DNA of 64,000 nucleotides from Saprospiraceae bacterium (GTDB taxonomy: Bacteria; Bacteroidota; Bacteroidia; Chitinophagales; Saprospiraceae), in assembly GCA_035299145.1 (NCBI GenBank), contig DATGWZ010000023.1, positions 681,801 through 745,800 of the forward strand, written 5' to 3'. Below are positions 55,690 through 64,000 of this stretch, piece after piece. A program made the position numbers and the translations under genes. The notes below the pieces were generated by a model. It did no database searches and was not told where the DNA came from. It worked only from the letters and a program-made list of their open reading frames with translations. Position 1 is the stretch's first letter. Every line of letters begins with the position of its first letter.

Positions 55690-56748
55690 ATGAACAAACT
55701 TTTCAATTTTATCATCATTCTTTTGGCTGCCTGTTCTGAACCCAAAGAAGATATTAATTCAGTTTCAGACAACCTTGAAATACGGGGTGCTGACATATCC
55801 TTCCTTCCTGAACTTAGGAAATCTGGTATCACTACCCGAAATACTGCTGGTAATATAGAAGACATGCTCACAACACTTAAAGCTGAGGGTATGAACGTGG
55901 TAAGATTGCGTATTTGGAACAATCCTTCCAACGAACATTCTTCAATGGCAGAGGTCACTACCTTTGCTAAGGAAATCAAAGCTGCTGGAATGAAGGTGTG
56001 GATAACGGTGCATTACTCTGACTGGTGGGCAGACCCAGGCAAACAAAATAAACCGAATGCATGGAAAAATCTTCCGTTTCAAGTTTTAAAAGACAGTGTG
56101 TATCAATTTACAGCAAAAATTATAAAAGATATAAATCCGGAGTATATCCAAATAGGTAATGAAATCAATAATGGACTGCTATGGCCAGATGGTAATATTT
56201 CTAACCTAACTCAGATGAAAGAGTTGCTAGCAATAGGTGTAAAAGCTGTAAGGGACCAAAATCCCACTACAAAAATTATGATGCATTATGCTGGACACAA
56301 AGAAGCATTTGATTTTTTTGATAAAATTAAAGACCTTGATTACGATCTTATGGGTTTGTCTTACTACCCATTTTGGCATGGCAAAAACATGGATTCTTTA
56401 TCCACAAATTTCAAAATTCTGGGTGATACCTTCGGTAAAAACATTGTGATTGCTGAAACAGCATACCCTTTCACTTTTGGATTTAATGATGAAACTAATA
56501 ATGTGATAGGTTTACAAGAACAGATACATCCCGATTTCCCACCGACGGTACCAGGTCAACGAGACTTTTTATTTAAGGTAAGAGACATCATCGCTGATGC
56601 ACCCAAAGGAATCGGATTTTGTTATTGGGCACCTGAATGGGTTTCATTCAAAGGTAAAACAGCAACAGATGGTTCGTCTTGGGAAAATCAAGCCTTATGG
56701 GGCTTTGACAATAAAGCTTTGGCAGGTATTAAGGTGTTTAATCCTTAA
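55690..56748 (+). CDS. GH53 arabinogalactan endo-beta-1,4-galactanase, lipoprotein
   Basis: MNKLFNFIIILLAAC lipobox. GADISFLPE, VRLRIWNNP, IQIGNEINNG and IAETAYPF (the two catalytic Glu contexts of GH53). The ATG at 55690 is preferred over the TTG at 55543. Confidence 0.8.
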   Translation: MNKLFNFIIILLAACSEPKEDINSVSDNLEIRGADISFLPELRKSGITTRNTAGNIEDMLTTLKAEGMNVVRLRIWNNPSNEHSSMAEVTTFAKEIKAAGMKVWITVHYSDWWADPGKQNKPNAWKNLPFQVLKDSVYQFTAKIIKDINPEYIQIGNEINNGLLWPDGNISNLTQMKELLAIGVKAVRDQNPTTKIMMHYAGHKEAFDFFDKIKDLDYDLMGLSYYPFWHGKNMDSLSTNFKILGDTFGKNIVIAETAYPFTFGFNDETNNVIGLQEQIHPDFPPTVPGQRDFLFKVRDIIADAPKGIGFCYWAPEWVSFKGKTATDGSSWENQALWGFDNKALAGIKVFNP

Positions 56749-56753
56749 GAATC

Positions 56754-56803
56754 TATAAACAATCGTTTCCCTTAAGGGTCAGGGTAAAAAACGATTGTTT
56801 ATA
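56754..56803. terminator. bidirectional terminator-like hairpin between convergent genes
   Basis: Perfect 15-bp arms TATAAACAATCGTTT and AAACGATTGTTTATA around a 20-nt loop that itself contains the palindrome CCCTTAAGGG. Confidence 0.55.
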
Positions 56804-56849
56804 ATTTGGATAAGAAAAATTTTAATTATTTTTTATAACTCTTTTGTAC

Positions 56850-57305
56850 TTAAAAATACTTTTCGACCACTTTTTCACGATAGTCAAAGATCTCTTGGAG
56901 TTTGCTTTTGACAAAAAGCGTATTTGCTATTCTGCCTAAAAAACCCAACGGAAGGCCATAATTCACAATATCAGTCATTTCTACGCCACCTTCAACTTCT
57001 TTGAACCAATGTTGGTGGTGCCAGAAACTGTATGGTCCGAATCGCTGCTCATCCACAAAATACTTTTTGTCAATGACATGGGTAATCTCCGTTGTCCAAC
57101 TCATGGGAATGCCCAAAACTGGCGTCACAACATAAGATATAATCTGACCTGAATACATTTTGCCATCGCCAAGATCAGATGTAATCTCAAAACCCATGTA
57201 TTCAGGTGTTATCTTTTTGAGATTGACTGGTGAAGAAAAAAAATCCCATGCTTGATCCAATGTGATGGGTAAAAACTGCTTTTTTGAAAGCGTATATATT
57301 TTCAT
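56850..57305 (-). CDS. SRPBCC (START/polyketide-cyclase-like) ligand-binding domain protein
   Basis: MKIYTLSKKQFLPITLDQAWDFFSSP...WHHQH pattern. The internal ATG at 57305 is preferred; the ORF track starts at 57338. Confidence 0.65.
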   Translation of the reverse strand: MKIYTLSKKQFLPITLDQAWDFFSSPVNLKKITPEYMGFEITSDLGDGKMYSGQIISYVVTPVLGIPMSWTTEITHVIDKKYFVDEQRFGPYSFWHHQHWFKEVEGGVEMTDIVNYGLPLGFLGRIANTLFVKSKLQEIFDYREKVVEKYF

Positions 57306-57388
57306 TACTATATTTAAATTTTTGAAATGGGGTAACATAAATTGGTTACTTTTGTTCTAAATCTTTACTCAATCATAAAGCAAAAAGC

Positions 57389-57850
57389 ATGTCAATACAA
57401 AACGGATTAGCCATTACACTTCAAAATAGAAAGGCACTAAAAAAGATTTTGGACTTTCATACTTTGGATCAGATCAATCATATTCCGAATGGTTTTAATA
57501 ATAATATCCTATGGAATTGCGCCCATGTCATCGCTGTCCAACAAATGTTAACATACGGACTGAATAATCTGCCTTTTGGTATTCCCAAAGAGTTTGTGTT
57601 TAGATTTACACCTGGCACCAAGCCTGATGCTGTGTATGATGCTGCCTTAGTAGATGAAGTAAAATCTTTGTTATTTACGTCTTTCGAGCAGTTTCAAGCT
57701 GATATCAATGATAATAAGTTTGTAGCTTTTAATCCATTTATGACTGCCCTAAAATTTGAAATAAACGACTTAGAAAAAGCAGTTGCTTTTAATCAATACC
57801 ACGAATCATTGCACATGGGACACATTCTAAATTTGATGAAGTTTGTTTGA
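57389..57850 (+). CDS. DinB-superfamily protein
   Basis: 153 aa, with His residues in four-helix-bundle positions (CAHVIAV...YHESLHMGH). Confidence 0.6.
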   Translation: MSIQNGLAITLQNRKALKKILDFHTLDQINHIPNGFNNNILWNCAHVIAVQQMLTYGLNNLPFGIPKEFVFRFTPGTKPDAVYDAALVDEVKSLLFTSFEQFQADINDNKFVAFNPFMTALKFEINDLEKAVAFNQYHESLHMGHILNLMKFV

Positions 57851-57866
57851 CATCAATACCATACGC

Positions 57867-59135
57867 TTAATCTGGCATATTGTACTCCTTGATTTTACGG
57901 TATAAAGTTCTTTCTGAAATGCCTAACTCGTCCGCGGCATCTTTACGACGATTATTAAATTTTTTGAGCGCTTTGCGAATCATATCTTTCTCCATCTCTT
58001 CGATAGAAAGTATTTCTTCCACGTCTTCTGTGTCATTGTAGTTACTCCCTTTGCCAGGTAAGATGATAGGTCGGCTGTCATAAGCAGGATAATCTTCTTC
58101 TTCCATGTCTTGTGGCTTTCTATCAAAAACCTTCTTAAATACGGCATCTGTACTATATCCTTGCATGGATTTTAGTGCACCTAAATCTGGTAATGTAAGG
58201 TCATTGGCTCGTACCAATTCGTAAATAAGGGACTTCACATCACTGAGATCGCTCTTCATTTCGAGCAAGAATTTGAATAATATTTCTCTTTCTTGATAGG
58301 AAGATTCGCCACCTAGGTTAAATTCGCCACCTTTGCTCGGCAACAATCTGCTTTTGATATGTGGTACTAAATCTACCAATTCTTCTACATCGAGTTCTTT
58401 GGCTTCTGACAACACACTCAGCTGCTCCACCATATTTTTTAGCTCACGAATATTACCTGGCCATCTATAGTTTTCTATTAGTAACTTGGCTTCAGGTGTC
58501 AATGTAATAGAGTCAGATCTGTATTTTTCAGCAAAATCTCCAGAAAACTTTCTGAACAGCATGTAGATATCTTCTCTTCTTTCGTGGAGTGATGGAACTT
58601 TAATGGGCACGGTATTGAGACGGTAGTAAAGATCTTCTCTAAATCGTCCGGAATGAATTTTTTCTTCTAAATTGACATTTGTCGCTGCCACAATTCTCAC
58701 ATCCGTATTGAGTACCTTGGAAGATCCTACTCTCAGAAACTCACCACTTTCTAATATCCTTAATAAATATGCTTGCGTATCTAGCGGCATTTCACCTATC
58801 TCATCCAAAAATATCGTACCGCCATTAACCGTCTCGAAGTATCCTTTTCTTTCTGTCACAGCACCCGTAAACGATCCTTTTTCGTGGCCAAAAAGCTCAG
58901 AATTGATCGTACCCGCAGGTATTGCACCACAGTTGATCGCTATAAAATTGTTGTGTTTTCTAAGGCTCAATTCATGAATGATACGGCTGAAAATCTCTTT
59001 ACCTACACCACTTTCTCCTTGTATGAGTACAGAAAGATCAGTCGTTGCTACCCTGATTGCTGTATTGAGCGCTCTTTCCAGCAGTGGTGACCTACCGATG
59101 ATACCGAATCTTTGTTTTACGCCTTGAATATTCAT
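57867..59135 (-). CDS. sigma-54-dependent transcriptional activator without a receiver domain (AAA+ plus Fis HTH)
   Basis: GESGVGKE, ELFGHEKGSFTGA, C-terminal HTH LGISERTLYRKIK. Sits immediately upstream of miaB; the two are co-directional on the minus strand. Confidence 0.9.
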   Translation of the reverse strand: MNIQGVKQRFGIIGRSPLLERALNTAIRVATTDLSVLIQGESGVGKEIFSRIIHELSLRKHNNFIAINCGAIPAGTINSELFGHEKGSFTGAVTERKGYFETVNGGTIFLDEIGEMPLDTQAYLLRILESGEFLRVGSSKVLNTDVRIVAATNVNLEEKIHSGRFREDLYYRLNTVPIKVPSLHERREDIYMLFRKFSGDFAEKYRSDSITLTPEAKLLIENYRWPGNIRELKNMVEQLSVLSEAKELDVEELVDLVPHIKSRLLPSKGGEFNLGGESSYQEREILFKFLLEMKSDLSDVKSLIYELVRANDLTLPDLGALKSMQGYSTDAVFKKVFDRKPQDMEEEDYPAYDSRPIILPGKGSNYNDTEDVEEILSIEEMEKDMIRKALKKFNNRRKDAADELGISERTLYRKIKEYNMPD

Positions 59136-59174
59136 TTTTTGACTAAGTTATCAGTTTATGGAATTGGGTATGTA

Positions 59175-60602
59175 TTAGTCTATGATCTCACCTCTCAGTG
59201 TTCCCGTGGTTGTAGAAGTGACATGAACCATCACATAATCTCCTGGCGCATATCCTGGTTTTTTAGGAAAATTGATCATCTTGTTCTGACTATTTCTACC
59301 TTTAAACTCTTGGTCAGATTTTTTGGAATTACCTTCTATCAATACCTTAAAAGTTTGACCTACATCCTGCAAATTATGTAAATGACCGATATGTCTTTGT
59401 TTTTCGACTATCTCAGCGAGTCTTCGTTTTTTTACATCTTCTGTGATGTCGTCTTGATATTTTTTAGCGGCAGGTGTTCCCGGTCTTTCGGAGTAAGAAA
59501 ACATATAAGACATACTAAATTTTGCCCATTCTATCATGCTCAGCGTATCTTGATGTTCTTCTTCAGTCTCAGAACAAAATCCTGAAATAATATCTGACGA
59601 AATAGCACAATCTGGTATGATTCTGTAAATGGATTCCACCCTTTCCATATACCATTCGCGATCATAAGTACGATTCATCATGGCTAGAATACGACTATTG
59701 CCTGATTGTATAGGTAGGTGGATGTAGTTACAGATATTTTCGTATTTCTGTATGGTGTGGAGTACGTCGTCCGTAATATCTTTTGGATGTGAAGTAGAAA
59801 ATCTAATTCTCAAATCAGGATGAACATGGGCAACTCGCTCTAGCAATTGTGCAAAATTGACATGTTCTGATTCGTCGGGACTTGTCCATTTATATGAATC
59901 TACATTCTGTCCCAATAAGGTCACATCTCTGAATCCTCTGTCATACAGATCTTGTGCTTCAGCGACAATAGAATAAGCATCTCTGCTTCGTTCCCTACCA
60001 CGTGTGAATGGCACTACACAAAACGAACACATATTATCACATCCTCTCATGATAGATATGTAAGCAATGACACCATTGCTATCAAGTCTTAGAGGTGAGA
60101 TATCTGCATACGTTTCTTCTCTTGACAGTAGCACATTGATACCTTTGTCTCCTTCATCTGCTTTGGCTAACAAATTGGGCAAGTCTCTGTATGCATCAGG
60201 ACCGACTACAATATCTACCAACTTCTCTTGTTCTAGAAGTTTTGCTTTGAGTCGTTCAGCCATACATCCGAGTACGCCGATCAATACATCAGGTTTCTGA
60301 CGTTTTAGCTTATTAAATATACTGAGTCTTTGTCTGACATTTTCTTCTGCTTTTTCTCTTATCGAACAGGTATTTATCAGAATCAAATCTGCTTCTTCCA
60401 TATCTCTTGTAGGTCCAAAACCTGCACCTCCAAGTATGGATGCCACAATCTCCGAATCGCTAAAATTCATCGCGCATCCATAAGACTCAATATAAAATTT
60501 TCTAAGACCTTCGGCAGCTTGGTCAAAATATAAGACCTCGCCTTGTTTTGCCTCATTTATTTCTTTACTTACCCCTAGAAGGGTGACATTGTCATCGTAC
60601 AT
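59175..60602 (-). CDS. miaB: tRNA (N6-isopentenyl adenosine(37)-C2)-methylthiotransferase
   Basis: UPF0004 domain with YGCAMN. Radical-[16 protein letters not shown]-terminal TRAM domain. Confidence 0.9.
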   Translation of the reverse strand: MYDDNVTLLGVSKEINEAKQGEVLYFDQAAEGLRKFYIESYGCAMNFSDSEIVASILGGAGFGPTRDMEEADLILINTCSIREKAEENVRQRLSIFNKLKRQKPDVLIGVLGCMAERLKAKLLEQEKLVDIVVGPDAYRDLPNLLAKADEGDKGINVLLSREETYADISPLRLDSNGVIAYISIMRGCDNMCSFCVVPFTRGRERSRDAYSIVAEAQDLYDRGFRDVTLLGQNVDSYKWTSPDESEHVNFAQLLERVAHVHPDLRIRFSTSHPKDITDDVLHTIQKYENICNYIHLPIQSGNSRILAMMNRTYDREWYMERVESIYRIIPDCAISSDIISGFCSETEEEHQDTLSMIEWAKFSMSYMFSYSERPGTPAAKKYQDDITEDVKKRRLAEIVEKQRHIGHLHNLQDVGQTFKVLIEGNSKKSDQEFKGRNSQNKMINFPKKPGYAPGDYVMVHVTSTTTGTLRGEIID

Positions 60603-60865
60603 ACAGGAAAAAGATATTTTTTAATTATCGGGAGTGCAAAAATACGACTTTAATTGTGGATGTGTGACAAAATGGCAGACAATTTAGATTTGATGATAAA
60701 TATTAGTGTCTTTTTGTATTGTAACTCATAATATTACACGTTTTCCTATCGAATATTTGGCCATTCTAACATCAATACATGAATGTGAAACCTTCCTTCT
60801 AATTTTATTGTTGGTTGTCTTTCAAACAAAATGAGTAATTTTGTACTTAAATTTTAATCCATACC

Positions 60866-63247
60866 ATGTTTTTATATCCGAAAGATATTAAAGAAAAGCT
60901 CGAATTTAACAAAGTCATTGAACATATCAAATTAGAATGTTTGTCTGAATTAGGCAAATCCCATTTTGACAATATAGAAATCCTGACCGATTTGGCCAGA
61001 ATAGATCGTTTGCTCAATGAAACAGAAGAATTCAAAAAATCTATGGAACGTGGCGAACATATTCCATTATCAAGATTCGAATCGATCACAGATGATGTGA
61101 AATTGCTTAGAAAGGAAGGTTATGTACTTGATATAGAAAGCATTAGGAATATATACCTAATTGTGGCCATTGGACAAGAGCTAATTAAATATTTCCTAGA
61201 TACTGAAAAAGCAAAACTCAACCCACTAGTAAATGAACTGATTTCTAATATTATTATTGATAAAAACCTAACCAAAGAAATAGATAGAGTGCTCGATGAT
61301 GAAGGCGAAGTAAGGCCAAATGCATCTGAAGAGTTACTAAAAATTTCTAAACTAATAAAGTCAAAAGAAAGAGAACTTGACAAGGTATTCAATGACGAAG
61401 TAGAGCTTTACAAAAACAAAGGTTTTCTGCTTGATTCATTGGAGAGTTTGCGTAATGGCAGGAGGGTATTGACAGTAGCAGTAGAGCACAAAAGAAAAAT
61501 CGGAGGTATCATACACGATGAATCTGCCACAGGTAAAACAGTCTTTATAGAACCTGAAAAGGTGATCGCTATAAACAATGAAGTATATAATCTTTACGCG
61601 GAAAGAAGACATGAGATATACAAGATTATCAGGGCATTGTGTGCATTTATGCGACCATATGCAGATGCGCTTCTTGTGATGCAACACACACTTGTCAAAC
61701 TAGATACGATAAGAGCTAAAGCAAAATTTGCCTATAGAATATTTGCCAGAAAACCTTACACCCAAGAGAAACCCATTTTTGCATTTAAGACAGCGTATAA
61801 TCCAATTTTAGTTTTAAAAAATGAAAATATAGCTGATGCTGTTGTTCCTTTTGACTTAGAGTTACATGGTAATAACAGGATTTTGGTACTGAGTGGTCCC
61901 AATGCGGGCGGTAAGTCCGTAGCTATGAAGTCTGTAGGTCTGATACAATTGATGTTACAGTCAGGTATGCTTGTGCCAGCAGACGAGAACTCTAAATTCG
62001 GTATTTTCCATAAAATATTTGTGGATATAGGCGATCAACAATCACTTGAAGATGACCTGAGTACCTATAGTTCTCACTTAAAAAATATGCGTGTCACGAC
62101 AGAAAACGCAGACAAATCAACGCTAGTCTTGATAGACGAGTTCGGTTCTGGTACGGATCCAAAAATAGGTGGTGCCATCGCTGAAGCAGTACTCAACGAC
62201 CTAAATCATAAAAAGATACATGGCGTCATAACTACGCACTATTCCAACTTGAAATTTTATGCTTTTAAAGCACATAATATTGTGAATGGTTCCATGGAGT
62301 TTGACAAACATAACTTACTTCCTACTTTCAGAATGCATATCGGCAAACCTGGTAGTTCTTTTGCCTATGAAATTGCAGAAAAAATAGGATTGGACCATCG
62401 CATAGTAACTTATGCGCAACACAAAACTGGCAAAAACGAAAAAGCCATAGACGACATGCTCATCACGCTCATGGCTGAGAAAAAAGAGTATGAAGATAAA
62501 CTCTCGTCTCTTATAGAAAAACAAGATAAGCTCGATAGACTCATGCAATCGTATGAAACACTAAACGCAGATCTTGAAATAAGACGTAAAAAAATAAAAC
62601 TCCAAGCTAAGGAACAAGCAGCAAGTTCGGTCATGGAGCAAAATAAGGAAATGCAAAAGATTCTAAAAGAAATCAAACATTCCAAAGATGAAGAAAAGGC
62701 AATGCAAGCATCTATCGCTCTCAAAAAGAAACAAGAAGACACCATCAAAGAGCTAGAATCGCTCAAAATGGAAGTGTTTGCCAAAGAAATAAGTGCTAGT
62801 ACTGAAAAAATAGAAGTGGGATCTTTCGTGCGAATGCGAAATGGTACGAGTACTGGCGAAATATTGAGCATCAATAAAAATATGGCTGAGATTCAGATGG
62901 GATTTATCACCTTAAAAGTGCCATTGATAGACCTAATTTCAGCCAAAGAACCCATCGAAACTCGATCTACCAAAAGTGTCACTACCAATATTTCTAAAGG
63001 TGAACGAATAGATACCCAAATCGATATCAGAGAATATACCAAAAATGATGCGCTATCGATGCTCCAAAGTTTTCTCGACAATGCCTTACTCAATAATGCA
63101 TACGAACTCAAAATCATCCATGGTGTAGGTACAGGCGTGATGAAAAACGAAGTCAAAAAAATGCTTAGACAGTATAAAGATGTCAAAGAGTTTTGGCATC
63201 CGGAGCCAGATCAAGGCGGAGAAGGTGTCACTTTGGTGAAATTTTGA
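60866..63247 (+). CDS. mutS2: endonuclease MutS2 (MutS domain V ATPase plus C-terminal Smr)
   Basis: Walker A GPNAGGKS, LIDEFGSGTDP, long coiled coil, and C-terminal Smr LKIIHGVGTGVMK. Confidence 0.9.
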   Translation: MFLYPKDIKEKLEFNKVIEHIKLECLSELGKSHFDNIEILTDLARIDRLLNETEEFKKSMERGEHIPLSRFESITDDVKLLRKEGYVLDIESIRNIYLIVAIGQELIKYFLDTEKAKLNPLVNELISNIIIDKNLTKEIDRVLDDEGEVRPNASEELLKISKLIKSKERELDKVFNDEVELYKNKGFLLDSLESLRNGRRVLTVAVEHKRKIGGIIHDESATGKTVFIEPEKVIAINNEVYNLYAERRHEIYKIIRALCAFMRPYADALLVMQHTLVKLDTIRAKAKFAYRIFARKPYTQEKPIFAFKTAYNPILVLKNENIADAVVPFDLELHGNNRILVLSGPNAGGKSVAMKSVGLIQLMLQSGMLVPADENSKFGIFHKIFVDIGDQQSLEDDLSTYSSHLKNMRVTTENADKSTLVLIDEFGSGTDPKIGGAIAEAVLNDLNHKKIHGVITTHYSNLKFYAFKAHNIVNGSMEFDKHNLLPTFRMHIGKPGSSFAYEIAEKIGLDHRIVTYAQHKTGKNEKAIDDMLITLMAEKKEYEDKLSSLIEKQDKLDRLMQSYETLNADLEIRRKKIKLQAKEQAASSVMEQNKEMQKILKEIKHSKDEEKAMQASIALKKKQEDTIKELESLKMEVFAKEISASTEKIEVGSFVRMRNGTSTGEILSINKNMAEIQMGFITLKVPLIDLISAKEPIETRSTKSVTTNISKGERIDTQIDIREYTKNDALSMLQSFLDNALLNNAYELKIIHGVGTGVMKNEVKKMLRQYKDVKEFWHPEPDQGGEGVTLVKF

Positions 63248-63377
63248 TATTAGAAAGCTGGGTGTAAGCCATTTTTTCATTCAATTTCTAAAAAATTCCT
63301 TTTGACTCCTTTCAGAGATGGGATATAACAAAAGCAATTTTTATGAAAGTGCAATTTTGGGATACACCTAGAAAGTC

Positions 63378-63860
63378 TCAAAAGCGTCTACTCACGCCAA
63401 TGTTTAGCCTATTCAAAAAGTAACCGTCACCCAATTCTTTGTTGCTGTAGATAGGACAAAATTGCATTCCGGTTGTTATGAAATGTGTTTTGTTTACATT
63501 AAATCTAAGCTCAAGTGTCGGTTCGATTGTAAAATTGTAACTGTATCCTTCTCTGCCATACCATAATTTGCTTTGATATTCTGATCTTACATCTAGCCCT
63601 GCAAATGCTTCTATCCATTTGTATGAAAGCAAATTGTATTTGTATCCTAATGTAAATCCATGACTTCTGTAAGTAGTAAAAAGGGACCCATGAATGAATT
63701 GTTTTGGAGAAATAGCCCTTTCATACCCGATGTTAAATTCTAATCCAGAATAAGCGTTATGCGAAGATCCAATCTTAACCGAATTGAGTTTCCCTGGATT
63801 GTACTGACCGAAAAGTGGAAAAGATAGTAAGCTGACCGCTAGGAAAATTAATGTTTTCAT
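63378..63860 (-). CDS. small outer-membrane beta-barrel-like hypothetical protein
   Basis: Signal peptide, alternating aromatic/hydrophilic pattern, C-terminal RRF. Confidence 0.5.
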   Translation of the reverse strand: MKTLIFLAVSLLSFPLFGQYNPGKLNSVKIGSSHNAYSGLEFNIGYERAISPKQFIHGSLFTTYRSHGFTLGYKYNLLSYKWIEAFAGLDVRSEYQSKLWYGREGYSYNFTIEPTLELRFNVNKTHFITTGMQFCPIYSNKELGDGYFLNRLNIGVSRRF

Positions 63861-64000
63861 TTATAAATATAATTTTAGTTTAACAATAATAACCTAACGA
63901 CCCACAAAAGTATCTTGTGATCGCCTTAAGATAAGTTTAACGCACAAGGAATAAAATTTTAGTTTTTCTTAACCATAAAAACGTGAAAGGACATATTAAA

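Noticed and set aside
57867-59135. The receiver-less sigma-54 activator next to miaB as the protein that binds the TTCCA-N5-TGGAA dyads
   Set aside because: As far as I recall, it sits in a housekeeping context (immediately upstream of miaB) that is conserved in Bacteroidota, and it lies outside the locus. The in-locus NtrC-type regulator is the more parsimonious candidate. This alternative cannot be excluded from sequence alone.
62410-62874. 154-aa Ser/Leu-rich minus-strand ORF (and neighbours 61120..61392, 62893..63280)
   Set aside because: These are antisense to the coiled-coil (K/E-rich) region of mutS2. AAG/GAA-rich coding DNA gives open CTT/TTC frames on the opposite strand, which explains them.
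1-64000. CRISPR arrays, rRNA or tRNA genes, prophage or integrase genes, toxin-antitoxin pairs
   Set aside because: Scanning by eye, I found no regularly spaced direct repeats, no cloverleaf-like segments in the intergenic gaps, and no integrase, transposase or phage structural ORFs in the track. Absence cannot be proven without tRNAscan, Infernal or similar tools.

Overview
The window is about 64 kb of chromosome from a low-GC Bacteroidota genome. Lineage evidence: T9SS C-terminal sorting domains, a PorP/SprF gene, TAnnTTTG-type -7 promoter boxes, and the GSCFA and DUF1015 families. Positions 1-27.8 kb and 55.5-64 kb are ordinary housekeeping DNA: acyl-CoA dehydrogenase, scpB, coaX, a ROK sugar kinase, tsaC/sua5, gatA, hisS, miaB, mutS2, two SLT lytic transglycosylases and a bactofilin cluster. 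I recognised no rRNA, tRNA or CRISPR.

Positions 27.9-55.4 kb are a roughly 27 kb exopolysaccharide or O-antigen-like locus built as two convergent arms.
- Plus arm: a three-domain kinase/NTase/P-loop fusion, an acetyltransferase, three glycosyltransferases and a WecA-like initiating transferase.
- Minus arm: a CheY-like receiver, wza, a wzc-like gene with a degenerate kinase, a wzx flippase, a glycosyltransferase and a wzy/O-antigen-ligase-like gene.
- Between the arms: a cytoplasmic signalling cassette (sigma-54 NtrC-type response regulator, FIST protein, soluble hybrid histidine kinase with HPt), a ~1537-aa T9SS-secreted FG-GAP/UnbV protein, and a 1.06 kb ORF-free convergent spacer. The spacer holds a 199-bp MITE-like or structured-RNA-like element.

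The most interesting signal is a locus-restricted palindrome, AWTTCCA-N5-TGGAAWT. It occurs in pairs 19-20 bp apart ahead of five transcription units of this locus. Each pair is followed 55-90 nt downstream by a TGGCW box that lies 32-44 nt before the start codon. I read this as a candidate enhancer-binding-protein regulon that couples EPS synthesis, EPS export and a secreted adhesin-like protein.

Secondary oddities are a trypsin-fold protein with Ser->Asn at the nucleophile, fused to a zinc ribbon and a YbjN-like domain, and a Cys-rich insertion in HisS. All family calls come from motifs read in the translations and from memory. No database search was run.
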